64,000 bases of DNA from NCBI GenBank assembly GCA_963737655.1, contig CAVTTN010000002.1, positions 6,880,001 through 6,944,000 of the forward strand, given 5' to 3'. Positions 10,101-21,436 of the stretch are shown one piece after another (within the stretch, counting starts at the first letter, position 1; each line of letters opens with the position of its first letter). This stretch comes from an uncultured Planctomycetota bacterium. Lineage in GTDB: Bacteria > Planctomycetota > Planctomycetia > Isosphaerales > Isosphaeraceae. The position numbers and the translations under genes are program-made. The notes beneath the pieces were generated by a model, which made no database searches, was not told where the DNA came from, and was given only the letters and a program-made list of their open reading frames with translations.

Positions 10101-10757
10101 GATGCGGTCTCCGGAGAAAGAAGGACGATGAGACGGAAAGGAGACATCCGCCCGGTCGGCCTCGACGAGGCGCACGACGATCCCCGCCCCGGTCCCGGCC
10201 GATTGGCCGGAGGGGTTCGGCTCAGGCGCCATCGAGGCCCGACGGATTCCGGCGCGCCCCACCGGGGCCTTCGAGACGTCCGGCGCGAGGACGCGCCGGG
10301 ACCGCCCGAGGGCGGACCGCGATTGGGGCATTAAGGCGTCACCGCAGGATGAGAGTTGGCCGCGATCCGCGGCCCGATGAAAAGGGAACGCTCGACGACC
10401 GGGGCACGATCCTGGGACCACCCTTCGAGGCGTGCTCCTCGTCGGTCCCGGGGCGTTTCCCGGGCCGCGCGAGTGCATCCACGAAGGTCGGCCCGGAGGG
10501 GATCTCGCACGATCCCTTCCACGCCGGGATGCACTTATCCGTGACGCACCCCCGCCTCGTCAAGCGCTTTCTTGTTAATTTTTTCGTCAATCCAAATTGA
10601 ACCGTGCGGAGCGGGGAGCCACGGCATGCCCCCTCATGACCTATCGAAAATCCCAAGGCGAGCGAGGGATGGAGGATCGGCCAGGCCCGGCTGAAGTCGG
10701 GCCGGCTCGATCGGTCATCCCCGCCGAGGCGTTCGAGGGTGTCCACCCGGCCAAGCT

Positions 10758-12056
10758 TCAGCGCAACGGATTGAGGACCATCCCCGTGAGCAGCTTTGGG
10801 TAGAAATAGGTGCTCTTGGGCGGCATTTTTTCCAGGTTCGAGGCGATCGACTCGACGTGATCCATGCCCGCCGGGGGGACGAGGCAGGCGAGGTCGCAGG
10901 TCTTCGCCGACGTCGCCGCCAGGACCTCGTCGATCAGGTGGACGTACTGGCAATGGGCCGTCCCGAGCCCGCCGAGGAGCGATTTCAGGACCAGCTCATG
11001 AAGGATGCTGACGCCCAGGGACCGCCATTCGGCGGAGTGCTCCGGGACGATCGAATCCATCGTGGCGTCGGAGCGGAGCCTGGCGGTGACCCATCGGCCG
11101 TCGGCGACGGTGCCGAAGCCGAGCATGTCCTGGTCGCCCTCGGCCTCGATCGCGTCCCAGGCGGCCCGGCATCCGGCGTCCCCCTCGCCGGTCGGCGTGA
11201 CCTCGAACTCGGGCCCGAGCGTCTCGGCCAGGGTCTCGGCGGAGAGCCCGGGGAAGCCCGAGACCAGCCGGTGGGTCGGCAGGATCAGCAAGCCCGGGTC
11301 GTTCATGCTCACCAGCATCATCAGGCAGAAATTGGCCGGGTCGTCGGGGCCGGAAAGCTGCCCGGCGGCGGCCAGCTCGTCGCGATAGGCCAATCCCGTC
11401 TCGTAGCGGTGGTGGCCGTCGGCGATGAAGACGGGCCTGGGAGCGATCAGGCCGGAGGCGAGCGTGTGGGCTTCCTGGTCCGTGACCGGCCAGAGGCGGT
11501 TGACCACGCCGAGGTGGTCGGTGGCCTCCAGGGGGGTCCGGTCCTTCAAGCCGGCCTCGATGGCGGCGAGCACCTCGTTCGACGGGTCGGGATACAGCCC
11601 GAAGATCGGGCTGAGGTTGGTGCCGGTCGCGCGATAGAGGTTCAGGCGGTCGGCCTTCGGGCCCGAGAGGGTCTGTTCGTGAGGATAGATCGAACCCTGG
11701 CCGAACGGCTCGAGCCGGACCCTCGCGAAGAAGCCGCGACGGGTGAAGGTGCGGCCCTCGACGTCGAAGGTCTGGTGATAGACATAAAAAGCCGGATGGG
11801 GGTCTTCGGCCAGGATGCCTTGCCTCCTCCAGTCCTTGAGGAACCGGGAGGCCCGGTCGTAGCGGTCGTGGCCCGGGGCGTCGCCGGGTTCCTCGCGGTT
11901 GAGCTCCAGGCGGATGATATTGAAGGGGCTGGCGCCGTAGAGGCGATCCTGGAGGGCCTGGCCGATCACGTCGTACGGAGGGGCCACCACGTCGGACAGG
12001 GCGCCGACCCGGGCCAGGTCGTAGCGGACGCCTCGGAACGGTCGGATCTCGGGCAT
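10758..12056 (-). CDS. DUF1015 family protein
   Basis: MPEIRPFRGVRY, APPYDVI, PHEQT, IADGHHRYET, PTHRLV, MPPKSTYFYPKL. Confidence 0.92.
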   Translation of the reverse strand: MPEIRPFRGVRYDLARVGALSDVVAPPYDVIGQALQDRLYGASPFNIIRLELNREEPGDAPGHDRYDRASRFLKDWRRQGILAEDPHPAFYVYHQTFDVEGRTFTRRGFFARVRLEPFGQGSIYPHEQTLSGPKADRLNLYRATGTNLSPIFGLYPDPSNEVLAAIEAGLKDRTPLEATDHLGVVNRLWPVTDQEAHTLASGLIAPRPVFIADGHHRYETGLAYRDELAAAGQLSGPDDPANFCLMMLVSMNDPGLLILPTHRLVSGFPGLSAETLAETLGPEFEVTPTGEGDAGCRAAWDAIEAEGDQDMLGFGTVADGRWVTARLRSDATMDSIVPEHSAEWRSLGVSILHELVLKSLLGGLGTAHCQYVHLIDEVLAATSAKTCDLACLVPPAGMDHVESIASNLEKMPPKSTYFYPKLLTGMVLNPLR

Positions 12057-12299
12057 GGCGGGCGGTCCATAGAGACAATGGGTCGGACGGCGGGCCCGGC
12101 GACCCGGCCCCTGTCGAATTCTTCCGGCCAAGCAATGTAGCGGAACGATCGACCTCCCGGCAATCCGTCCTCCGCGAGGCCCGGATCGCCGCCCTTCCCT
12201 CAAATCGTCTCCGATCGTCCGGATTGGCTGGATCGTCGCGACCCCTGCGACCGACAACCCTGGTGATCGGGGATCGATCGGACCGGCGGGGCGGCCTTC

Positions 12300-13336
12300 A
12301 TGAAATCCGTGGGAATCTCGGCCTACCTCGTCAGCCTGATTCCGGGCGTCCTGGCCGTGATGGGGAACGTCCGGGGCGGGCCCTGGGCGCTCGGGGCCGC
12401 GGGCTTCCTCGCCGCGGTGTGCGTGGCCGACTGGTTCCTGAAGGATGACGCCTCGGGCCCCCCCGATCGGCCCGAGTGGACGCCCGACCTCGTGATCGTG
12501 CTTCACCTGCTGGTGAACTCCCTGGCGATCGGGACGTTGCTGTACGGAGTGGCGAGCGGCCATCTGCCCCGCTGGCGGATCAACGACGCCACCCTGTCCA
12601 CCGGCCTGAATTCGGGCCTGTCGGGGATCATCGTCGCCCACGAATTGATCCACCGTCGAGGGCGGTTCTGGCGGGGCGCCGGCGTGTGGAACCTGATGCT
12701 CGTGAACTATTCGCACTTCGCGATCGAGCACGTCCAGGGGCATCACAAGAGGGTCGGGACCCGTCGAGACCCCTCCACCGGCCGACCCGGCGAGGACATC
12801 TTTCGCTACCTTCTGAGGACGATCCCCGGGCAATTCCTCTGCGCCTGACGATCGAGGCCGACCGCCTCCGCCGCGAGGGCCGCGGGCGGTTCGGGCTGGG
12901 CAACTTCGTCGTGGCGGCGACGCTGGGGCAGGGGGTCCTGGCGGCGGGGATCGGCCTGGTCTGCGGGCCTCGGGCGCTGGTCGCCTATCTCGGCCAGGGT
13001 GCGATCGCGGTGGGCCTGTTGCAGGTCATCAATTATCTCCAGCACTACGGGCTGGAGCGGGAGAAGGGCTCGAAGATCGAGCCGGCGCACTCGTGGCAGA
13101 GCGACCGCATCTCCAGTCGTCTGTTGATGCTGGAGCTCCCCAGGCATTCCGACCACCATTGCCACTCGACCCGGCCGTATCACCGATTGGAGTCGATGGA
13201 AGAAAGCCCCGTCCTGCCGATGGGGCTGCTCGGGTCAGTGCCTCTGGTGTTCCTGCCGCCTCTTTGGTTTCACATCGCGAAGAAGGCGAGGAAGCGCGCC
13301 GTGGTGGTCGAGGAGGCATGGAAGCGGGCGGCGTAG
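12300..13336 (+). CDS. alkB: Alkane 1-monooxygenase (AlkB-like membrane di-iron enzyme); 1-bp frameshift ~12845
   Basis: His boxes HELIH, EHVQGHH (first ORF) and NYLQHYG, PRHSDHH (second frame). Confidence 0.85.
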
Positions 13337-13344
13337 TGTCATTT

Positions 13345-13365
13345 GGTGCATGAAATGCACCCTAC
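13345..13365 (-). repeat. Single GTAG-type REP
   Basis: GGTGCATGAAATGCACCCTAC, the same family as 5477. Confidence 0.85.
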
Positions 13366-13657
13366 GGTTCGTCGAAGAGCCGGGGCAGGTCGCGGGCGCC
13401 GTGGACGACCCGGAGGACGACGATCCCATCCTCCATCTCTCGGTAGAGAATGACGTAGGGCGGACCAGGAGGCTCCGGACTCCCGGAGCCAATTCCTCTC
13501 GGCTCCGCCCGAGTTCGGGGAAGTGGGCCGCCAGTTGGCACTTCTCGGCGATCGCCTCGGTAAATCGGTCGGCCTTGGCTTCGGAGTAGGCCGCCAGGTA
13601 CGTCCAGATGTCCAGAAGGTCCTGGCGGGCCAGAGGGGTTTGGAGCACTCGGGGCAC
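13362..13657 (-). CDS. parE: RelE/ParE family toxin; 1-bp frameshift ~13460
   Basis: TPLARQDLLDIW.Y, FPELGRSREEL..GVRS, then in the other frame PYVILYR....IVVLRVVHGARDL. Confidence 0.85.
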
Positions 13658-13672
13658 GTTTCGACCCTTCGC

Positions 13673-13930
13673 TCAGGACCCGGCCATGCGGCGACGCCCC
13701 TCGGCCCGGATCTCCTCCATGTCGAGGGGCAAGACCTCGCCCCGCTCGACCTGATCCACGGCTTCGCCGACGAGGCGACGCAAGGCGTTGAGCTTCGCCT
13801 CGTCGCGTTTTTCCTCGGTATCGAGCAGGCGAAGGGCCTCGCAGACCACTTCGGACTCGGAAGCGAAGTGCCCAAGCCCGACCTGATCCCGGACGAAACG
13901 CTCCCATTCCGGCGGCAGGGCGAAATTCAT
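13673..13930 (-). CDS. parD: ParD-like ribbon-helix-helix antitoxin
   Basis: MNFALPPEWERFVRDQV..G.F.S.SEVV.EALRLL; immediately upstream of parE. Confidence 0.88.
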   Translation of the reverse strand: MNFALPPEWERFVRDQVGLGHFASESEVVCEALRLLDTEEKRDEAKLNALRRLVGEAVDQVERGEVLPLDMEEIRAEGRRRMAGS

Positions 13931-13984
13931 CGGATGGTTCCCTCCCAGGGCTACCCTCATTGGAGTTTCGGCGGCCGCGGATCG

Positions 13985-15052
13985 TCAATAGGCATTGGCA
14001 TCGATGACTTCCGACCCCGAGACGCTCCCCAGCGCCCTCCAGTTCACCCCGTTGATGCTGCTCTTGACGAAGGCGACGTGGCCGTCTCCGAACAGGGCGT
14101 TGACGCCTCCGGGATGGTAGCTCCTGGCGGTGATCGCGGCGTAGGACGGCCCCTTGGCCGGGACCGAGACGACCAGGTTGCTCTCCAGGTCCGAATCGCC
14201 GGCCGGGGAGATCGCCACCGGAGCGGCCACGGTGCTGCCGGGGGCCGTGAGGATCGCGAAGTTCGGCGGCCAGGCGGTGGTCATGGCCGTCTCGTGGGCG
14301 TTGCCGTCGGCCCAGAAGGTGTGGCCCTTGCCGGCCGATCCGCTGCTGTAGCCGCCGATCGAGGTCGGGCTGATCGTCGGCGAGGGGATCGGGTTGGGCG
14401 GCTGGACCTCGGGGATCGAGGCGACCCGGAGCAGCGGTTGATACACCTTCACGTCCGTGGCCAAAACCGTCGAGCTCAGGCCGTCGGTGAACTCCGAGAG
14501 CCTGCGGCTGCGGTTGGGCCCGAACGCCCCGGTGTTGTCCGGCCCGGCGATCCCTCCCCAGACCAGCCAGTCTCCCTCGCAGAACCCGTAGCTGGTCACG
14601 CTCGCCGAGACCGCCGTCCCGCTCGGCTTGGAGTTGAACGGGGTGGATTGGTCCTTGTTGATGTCGCTCGGGCAGAGGAAGACCGACACGGACATGCCGA
14701 CGACGGTCGTATTGGCGTCGTGCTGGTGGTTCACCGTGAAGTTCAGCGCGTTGAAGGCGACGCCCTGTTCCATGAACGGCAGGATGCGGACGTGGACGCT
14801 GAAGCCGTTGGTCGATTGCGACGGGATCGCCGGGTTGGCGACGACGTCGGACATCGGCAGGGCGCCGGCCACGCTCTCGTAATTGGCGAGCCCGAGGCCC
14901 ATCTGCTTCAGGTTATTGATGCACTGGGCGCGTCTGGCGGCCTCGCGAGCCGCCTGGACGGCCGGCAACAGCAGCGCGATCAGGACGCCGATGATCGCGA
15001 TGACCACGAGGAGCTCGATCAGGGTAAAACCTCGACGACACATCGTTCGCAT
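13985..15052 (-). CDS. DUF1559 domain protein (prepilin-type N-terminal methylation motif, H-X9-DG C-terminus)
   Basis: [53 protein letters not shown]. Confidence 0.95.
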   Translation of the reverse strand: MRTMCRRGFTLIELLVVIAIIGVLIALLLPAVQAAREAARRAQCINNLKQMGLGLANYESVAGALPMSDVVANPAIPSQSTNGFSVHVRILPFMEQGVAFNALNFTVNHQHDANTTVVGMSVSVFLCPSDINKDQSTPFNSKPSGTAVSASVTSYGFCEGDWLVWGGIAGPDNTGAFGPNRSRRLSEFTDGLSSTVLATDVKVYQPLLRVASIPEVQPPNPIPSPTISPTSIGGYSSGSAGKGHTFWADGNAHETAMTTAWPPNFAILTAPGSTVAAPVAISPAGDSDLESNLVVSVPAKGPSYAAITARSYHPGGVNALFGDGHVAFVKSSINGVNWRALGSVSGSEVIDANAY

Positions 15053-15287
15053 GGATCGCTCTCACCCGGCGTGCCGGGCCCTCCCGATTGGGGCCGTTGG
15101 TTCCATCATGCAACGATGGGGCGAAAAAGCAACCGAAAACCTTCGGTGACCACCGATCCGGCACGATCCGTCCGGGCTCCCTGATCGATCCGCCTTCGCC
15201 ATTTCAACGAGGCGCTTGACGCCGGATTCGCGACCCTGGACACTGTTCGCACCCCCCGAAACGCATTTACATCCGGGAGTCACGGCG

Positions 15288-17623
15288 ATGTCAGGCAAGC
15301 GAACACTCGAAGGCCGATCGGGGATCTCGTCGTTCCGCCTCGGCTCGTTGGCCCGAGGTCGGAGTCGCTCGGCGCTGAGCTGCGCCCGGAGGTCGAGGCG
15401 ATGGAGTCCCGCACCCTCCTCTCCGGCGGCCCGCTGCCGCCCGGGGGCCAGGGGGTGCCCACGGCCCACGACGACGTGATCGACACCGACGAGGGGAACC
15501 CGGTCACCATCCCGGTCCTCTCCAACGATAGCGACCCCAGCGAGATCAACCCTGCCAGCGTGACCGTCGTCTCGGCGCCGGGGCACGGCAAGATCGTCGC
15601 CATCGACAGCGGCACCGGCGCCATCACCTACAGCCCCGGCCCGCTGTTCTTCGGGACCGACAGCTTCACCTATACATTCAAGGATGCCTTCGGCAGCACG
15701 TCGAACGCCGCGACCGTCACGGTGATCGTCAACCGGCCGACGGCCAACGACGATTTCGCCCAGACCGTCGCCGGCCAGCCGGTGACCATCGACGTCGTCG
15801 GCAACGACAGCGACCCGGACGGCAACGACCACCTGAATCCCGGCAGCGTGGCGATCGTCACGGCCCCGACTCACGGGACCGACTCGATCTCGCCGACCGA
15901 CGGCTCGATCCTCTACACGCCGTCGGCCGGGTTCGAGGGGACCGAGCGACTCCAGTACACGATCATGGACAAGGCCGGCGCCACGTCCAACGTCGCCACC
16001 GTGACGATCACCGTCGCCGCCCCGCCCGCCCAGGCCGGGACCGTGATCAACGACGACTCGATCGACACCGACGAGGGGAACGCGGTGAACGTGCCGGTCC
16101 TGGCCAACGACGTCAGCCCCGTCGGCTTCAACCCCTCCACCGTGGCCCTGGCCAGCCAGCCGGCCCACGGCACGGCCACCGTCGATCCGTCGGACGGCTC
16201 GATCAACTACAACCCGGCCGTCGGCTTCTTCGGGACCGATACCTTCTCGTACACCGTCAAGGACAAGAGCGGCGGGATCGCCGGGCCGGGGCAGGTCTCG
16301 GTGGTCGTCAATCGGCCCACCGCCAACGACGACTTCACCGAGACCTTCGGCACGACCCCGATCGTCATCGCCGCCACGGCCAACGACACCGACCCCGACG
16401 GCCCGAACAAGCTCGACGTGACGACCCTGGCCGTGGCGACGCCGCCCCTGCACGGCGTGGCGATCCCGGCGACCGACGGCTCGTTCACCTACACGGCCGC
16501 TCCGGGCTTCTCCGGCACGGACCATTTCCAGTACACCGTCAAGGACCACGCCGGGGCCACGTCCAACCCGGCGACGGTCACCGTCGTGGTGGACCTCGGC
16601 CAGGTCTCGGGCGTCGTCTTCGCCGACTACAACGCCAACGGCGTCCAGAACGCCGGCGAGCCCGGGACGCCCGGCCAGGTCGTCTACCTCGACCTGAACG
16701 GGGACGGCCGCCTCGACGCGGGCGACCCCACCGACACGACCGACGCCGACGGCCGGTATACCTTCGAGAACCTGCCCGCCGGTTCGTATGCCGTCCGGAG
16801 CGAGCTGGGCGGCGCGACGAACGTGGTGTCCACCGCCCCGACGACCCCGGCCCAGCCGGTCACGGTGAGCCCGACGACCCAGTTGCCCGCCGGGCCGTCG
16901 TTCGGCGTGCTGACGTTCACGCCGCTGTCGTCGGTGACGATCGCCGCCAACCCGTTCCCTCAGGGCGTGAAGGACCCGGCCACGGCCTACGTCCTGGGGG
17001 CCTCGCGGAACCTGAGCGGAACGACCGCGGACGCCACGGCGTCGCCCAAGGCGGTCGCCCGTCTCGACAAGTCCTCTTCGCAGGAGGTCAGGACGGCCGT
17101 GGCGAAGTCGATCTGGGAATCGCCGGCGCACCGGGCCTCGGAGGTCCGGGCCGACGTCCAGGCGATCCTCGGCCGCGCCCCCTCGGCCGCCGAGATGAAG
17201 TCACTGACCAAGAAGCTCAAGGGCAAGAACGGCGATGAGGCCGTCGTCGCCAGCCTCCTGGCCTCGCCCGAATTCCGGGCGAAGCACTCGGGCTCGACCA
17301 GTTACGTGGCGGCCGTGTACAACCAGGTCCTCGGCCGGGCCCCGACCGCCTCGGAATCTTCGGCCCTGACGAGCAAGCTCGACGCGAAGAAGCTCACCCC
17401 GACGAAGGCGGCGACCGAGGTCCTGGCCTCCTCCGAGGCCGCCGGACTGGTGATCGACAGCCTCTACGTTGCGTTGCTCCAGCACCCGGCGGACGCCACC
17501 ACGAGGGAAACCCTCGTGACCCGGCTGACCCGAGGGCGGGCCTCGGTCGAGAGCCTGGGAGTCGGCATCCTCGCCTCGGACGAATACTATGCCCGGGCCG
17601 CCGCCGCCGCGAAGCAGGGGTAA
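15288..17623 (+). CDS. Secreted adhesin-like protein: tandem Big_9/cadherin-like repeats, SdrD-B-like domain, C-terminal DUF4214-like domain (1-bp frameshift ~15383)
   Basis: ATG 15288 after [15 protein letters not shown] motif; four repeats of P.A.DD...V..ND.D...[41 protein letters not shown]. Confidence 0.8.
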
Positions 17624-17777
17624 CCGGCCTCCGGGGCCGCGACGATCCGGCGCGAGCCTCACGAGCTTCCCGCTCGCGCCGGATTGCCCGATCCCGACTG
17701 AATTCCTTAGAATGGACGGTCGATGCCGATTCCGGCCGGAGACATCCCCGTGCCCGATCGGCCGACGGAGCCCGACC

Positions 17778-18701
17778 ATGACCGCCCGCCCCCGTCGTCG
17801 AGGGTTCACCCTGATCGAGCTGCTGGTCGTCATCAGCATCATCGGGGTCCTGGTGGCACTGCTCCTGCCGGCCGTCCAGATGGCCCGCGAGGCCGCCCGA
17901 CGCAACCAGTGCGTGAACAACCTGAAGCAGATCGGCCTGGCCCTGCACAACTACCAGCTCTCCCACGCGGTCTGGCCGCCGGGTTACGTCACCAACTGGT
18001 TCAAGAAGCAGGAGTTCGGGCCGGGCTGGGGCTGGGGCACGGCGATCCTCCCCCAGCTCGAACAGGGGAACCTCTACTCGGCCTGCAACCTCGACGTGAA
18101 CATCGAAGATCCCATCAACCTGACCGCCAGGACCGTCACGATCGCCGTCTATCTCTGCCCGACCGACAACCCCCCGCCGACGATGACCGCGACGTACTAC
18201 CCGGACAAGGTGATCATCCCCCGGGGGACGCCGATCTGCGACGTCTCCTCGACGAACTACTGCGCCATGTTCGGCCTGGGCGAACCCGGGATCGCCGGCG
18301 AGGGGCTGTTCTCCCGGAACGTGTCCATGGCCCCCGAGGACGTCCACGACGGACTCAGCCAGACGATCGCCGCGGGCGAACGGTCGTGCAAGCTGGGCAA
18401 CGCGACGTGGGTCGGCTCGGTCACCAACGCGGTCCTCGGGCCGCCTCCGGGCTACAACGGCACCGTCGGCCGGCTGATCCTCGAACCCGGGGCCGGGATG
18501 ACCCTGGGCCACGCCGGCGAGGGCCGGGGGCCGGGCGACAATCAGTCCGATTGCAACATGTATTTCAGCCTCCATCCCGGGGGCGTGAACTTCGTCTTCG
18601 CCGACGGCCACGTCAGCTTCCTGAAAAGCTCCATGGACGCGAAGCTCTACGCCGCCCTCTCCACCCGGGACGGCGGCGAGGTCATCCCGGACCAGTATTG
18701 A
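17778..18701 (+). CDS. DUF1559 domain protein
   Basis: [41 protein letters not shown]. Confidence 0.95.
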   Translation: MTARPRRRGFTLIELLVVISIIGVLVALLLPAVQMAREAARRNQCVNNLKQIGLALHNYQLSHAVWPPGYVTNWFKKQEFGPGWGWGTAILPQLEQGNLYSACNLDVNIEDPINLTARTVTIAVYLCPTDNPPPTMTATYYPDKVIIPRGTPICDVSSTNYCAMFGLGEPGIAGEGLFSRNVSMAPEDVHDGLSQTIAAGERSCKLGNATWVGSVTNAVLGPPPGYNGTVGRLILEPGAGMTLGHAGEGRGPGDNQSDCNMYFSLHPGGVNFVFADGHVSFLKSSMDAKLYAALSTRDGGEVIPDQY

Positions 18702-18732
18702 ATTGAACCGATTCGATCCGAAAGGAGCACGG

Positions 18733-19005
18733 ATGACGCGTCGATCCGCGGTGGTGGCGGTCCTCGGGGCCGTGGTCCTGGGCTGCGACAAGGCGATCGA
18801 GAACCCCGAGGTGATCTCGATCGACAAGGTCCCCAAGAACGTGATGGACGTGGCGAAGCAGACCTGGCCCGACGTCGAGTTCGAGAAGGCCTGGACCGGC
18901 AAGTTCGACGGCGAGGTCGCCTACGAGATCCGCGGCCGGACCGAGAACGGCAAGACCCGGGAGGTCCGCGTGTCGGCCTCGGGGACCGTCCTGGAGAAGG
19001 AGTGA
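18733..19005 (+). CDS. Small lipoprotein (PepSY/BLIP-like)
   Basis: RBS AAGGAG; lipobox VVLGC; KVP..V...AK, YEIRG...GK.REV.V...G.VLE. Confidence 0.75.
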   Translation: MTRRSAVVAVLGAVVLGCDKAIENPEVISIDKVPKNVMDVAKQTWPDVEFEKAWTGKFDGEVAYEIRGRTENGKTREVRVSASGTVLEKE

Positions 19006-19012
19006 GCGGGGG

Positions 19013-19810
19013 TCAGACCGCCAGCCCGTCGAACGCGGCCTCCCGGGCGGCGATCGCGATGGTCTCGGCGTCGGGCCGCTCCGCCTCTCGGGCGAAGGCG
19101 ATCAGGAGGGCGAGGTCGGCCAGGCGGTTGAGCCTCCGGGGCAGGCCGTCGGACTCGCGATGAAGCCGCGAGATCGCCTCGGAGGAAAAGATCTCCTCGG
19201 ACCCGCCGGCCCGCGCGAGCCGTCCCCGGACATAATCGTTCGCCTCGGCCTCGCTGATCGGGCCGACCACCGATCGGGCCGCGAGGCGGTCGATCAGGCC
19301 GGTCGGCATCTTCAGGGCCACCTCGGGACCTCCGACGAACAGCAACACCAGGTCGGGCGAGCCGTCGGAGGCGAAATTGCCGAGGGTCCGCAGCGCCTCG
19401 AAGGTCGCCGGGTCGTCGATCAGGTGGGCTTCATCGACCACCAGCAAGGGCCTCGGGCCGGTCGAAGCGGCCGAGGCGAGGGCGGCGCGGAGCCTCCGCA
19501 GCGAGCCGGCCATCCCGGGGCCGGGATCGGGCGGCGCGCCCAGCTCGTCGGCCAGGAACGCGAGCAATTCGGCCGGCGGCATCGCGGGGAATGCCAGGTG
19601 GACGATCGGCCCGCCCATCGCGCGAGCTAGGGCCCGGGCCAGGATCGTCTTGCCCGATCCCGGAGGCCCGAACGCGAGGGCCGGCCCTCGTTCCAGCCCG
19701 TACCGCAATCGTCGGATCGCCGCATCCCGAGACGATATCGGCACATACGCCGAGGGATCGACGGTCTCCGCGAACGGACGAGGAGACAGGCCGAAGTGCG
19801 ATTCATACAT
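19013..19810 (-). CDS. ExeA/GspA-like AAA ATPase
   Basis: MYESHFGL..RPF, GPPGSGKT, VVDEAH, GLPRRLNRLADLAL. Confidence 0.88.
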   Translation of the reverse strand: MYESHFGLSPRPFAETVDPSAYVPISSRDAAIRRLRYGLERGPALAFGPPGSGKTILARALARAMGGPIVHLAFPAMPPAELLAFLADELGAPPDPGPGMAGSLRRLRAALASAASTGPRPLLVVDEAHLIDDPATFEALRTLGNFASDGSPDLVLLFVGGPEVALKMPTGLIDRLAARSVVGPISEAEANDYVRGRLARAGGSEEIFSSEAISRLHRESDGLPRRLNRLADLALLIAFAREAERPDAETIAIAAREAAFDGLAV

Positions 19811-19894
19811 CGGTTCGGGCTCGTCCTCGGCCAGTCAACAGCCAGGCAAGGCCTGGCCGCGACGACGTGGGCATGTCACTGGGGACCCGTTGCG

Positions 19895-20677
19895 TCAGGT
19901 GAAGGTCTCGGCCAGGCCGAGCAGGGGGACGCCCCCGGCTTCGAGCACTTCCTGGGCCCGGATCAGGGCACGTTCGGGCGTGAGGGCCTTGTGATGGACG
20001 AGCACGGCCGCGTCGACCGAGCGATGGAGGACCGCCGCGCTCAGGCCCGCGAACAGGGGGCTGCCGTCGATCAGGACGAGGTCGAACTCGCGGCGGACCC
20101 GGGCCATCACGGACGTCCAGCCGGGCGACGCGAGGAACTCGCGAGGGCGGGCGACGGCGGCCCGGAGCGGCAGGAGGGTCAAATGGTCGTCGGGCGCGTC
20201 GATCAGGGCGTCGGCCGGCGAGAGCTCGCGGTCGATCACGTCGTCCAGGCCGAGGGTCGGCTTCAGGCCGAGCGATCGCGCGATCATCGGGCCGCCGAGG
20301 TCGCCATCGACGAGCAGGGTCCGGCCCGGCCGGCGGGCCAGGGCCCGGGCCAGGGTCAGGACCAGGGTCGTCCGGCCTTCGGCCCGGTGGCAGCTGGTGA
20401 AGAGGAGGACCTTGAGGTTGCGGCGGTCCCGGGCTTCGATCAGCGCCTCGGCCATCGCCGCGAACCGGGCCGAGTGGGCCTTTTCGAGGGCGCGGACCGT
20501 CTCGGGCCAGAGCAGCGAGACCTCGGGCGCCGGAGAGGCCGCCTCGAACGCGAAGTGGGGGCCGGAGAGCGTGGAGGCCGAGGAGGACGAGGGCAGGGGA
20601 GGGGCCGGCGGCGTGTCCTGGTCTCGGTCACGCCTCGGCCCGTAGATCCGGGCCAGGGCCCGGTCAACGTCCCGCAT
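19895..20677 (-). CDS. CpsD/CapB (BY-kinase)-like P-loop protein with degenerate Walker A
   Basis: LLFTSCHRAEGRTT, LLVDGDL, FDLVLIDGSP, VDAAVLV. Confidence 0.75.
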   Translation of the reverse strand: MRDVDRALARIYGPRRDRDQDTPPAPPLPSSSSASTLSGPHFAFEAASPAPEVSLLWPETVRALEKAHSARFAAMAEALIEARDRRNLKVLLFTSCHRAEGRTTLVLTLARALARRPGRTLLVDGDLGGPMIARSLGLKPTLGLDDVIDRELSPADALIDAPDDHLTLLPLRAAVARPREFLASPGWTSVMARVRREFDLVLIDGSPLFAGLSAAVLHRSVDAAVLVHHKALTPERALIRAQEVLEAGGVPLLGLAETFT

Positions 20678-21086
20678 GACTCGCCTCCTCCCCGGCCGGT
20701 TCGGGGATAATCTGGCCGGTGGGGACGACCAGGGGGCCTTCCTCCAGGGTCGTCGTGGGCGGCTCGGACGAGAGCCAGGCCCGGGGGGCGTCGTCCGTGG
20801 GGACGGCCGAAGCCACGGCCGGAATGGCCACCATCGGCCGGGCCGAGGCGGAGGGCTCGGGGCCGAACCGTCCGAAGGCGAGCAGGGCGAACGACATCGG
20901 CAAGGCGAACGCCAGGGCCGTGCCCGCCACGCGCACCTCCCGGCGGAGCCGGCGACGCCCGCGACGAGGCGAGCGAGGGGCCGTCATTCGAGAGATCGCC
21001 GGCACCTGGATCAGGACCGGGCCGAGCGATCGAGCCGACCTCGGGGCCGTCGAGGGCCCCGGCAGCAGACCGGTATGGGGTGTCAT
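20664..21086 (-). CDS. Hypothetical single-pass membrane protein
   Basis: Arg-rich stretch (RRRLRREVR) then TM; overlaps the downstream gene start. Confidence 0.6.
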   Translation of the reverse strand: MTPHTGLLPGPSTAPRSARSLGPVLIQVPAISRMTAPRSPRRGRRRLRREVRVAGTALAFALPMSFALLAFGRFGPEPSASARPMVAIPAVASAVPTDDAPRAWLSSEPPTTTLEEGPLVVPTGQIIPEPAGEEASHAGR

Positions 21087-21436
21087 GATCTCTGTCCCGG
21101 AGCGAGCGAGGACCGCGAGGGGTCGAATCGGAGGAGGGCGATCGGGTGGACTCGTCCCGAGATTCCGTCCAGTCAGACTGGCGAAGCTGGGTCGAATGTC
21201 CCGTCACCTAGAGGATCGTCCGGCGGACTCGGGAAACTTGAACGGCCATTCCGGAAATGCGCATTCCGAAGACCGGGCAAGACGGAGGGCCTCGGACCCC
21301 GGGGCGATCGGGCCGAATCCCCGGCTCGACCGGACGCACCGGACCCCTCCGGCCCGAGTCCCGAGGGAGCGGGAGGGCCGGAGGGGTCGCGGAGCCTGGA
21401 GCGGGAGGGGGGGAGGCGCCCCGTCTGGCGAACGAA

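Noticed and set aside
13985..18701. DUF1559 genes as a novel pilus system
   Set aside because: DUF1559 is a massively expanded, ordinary planctomycete family, and there are no pilus assembly genes here
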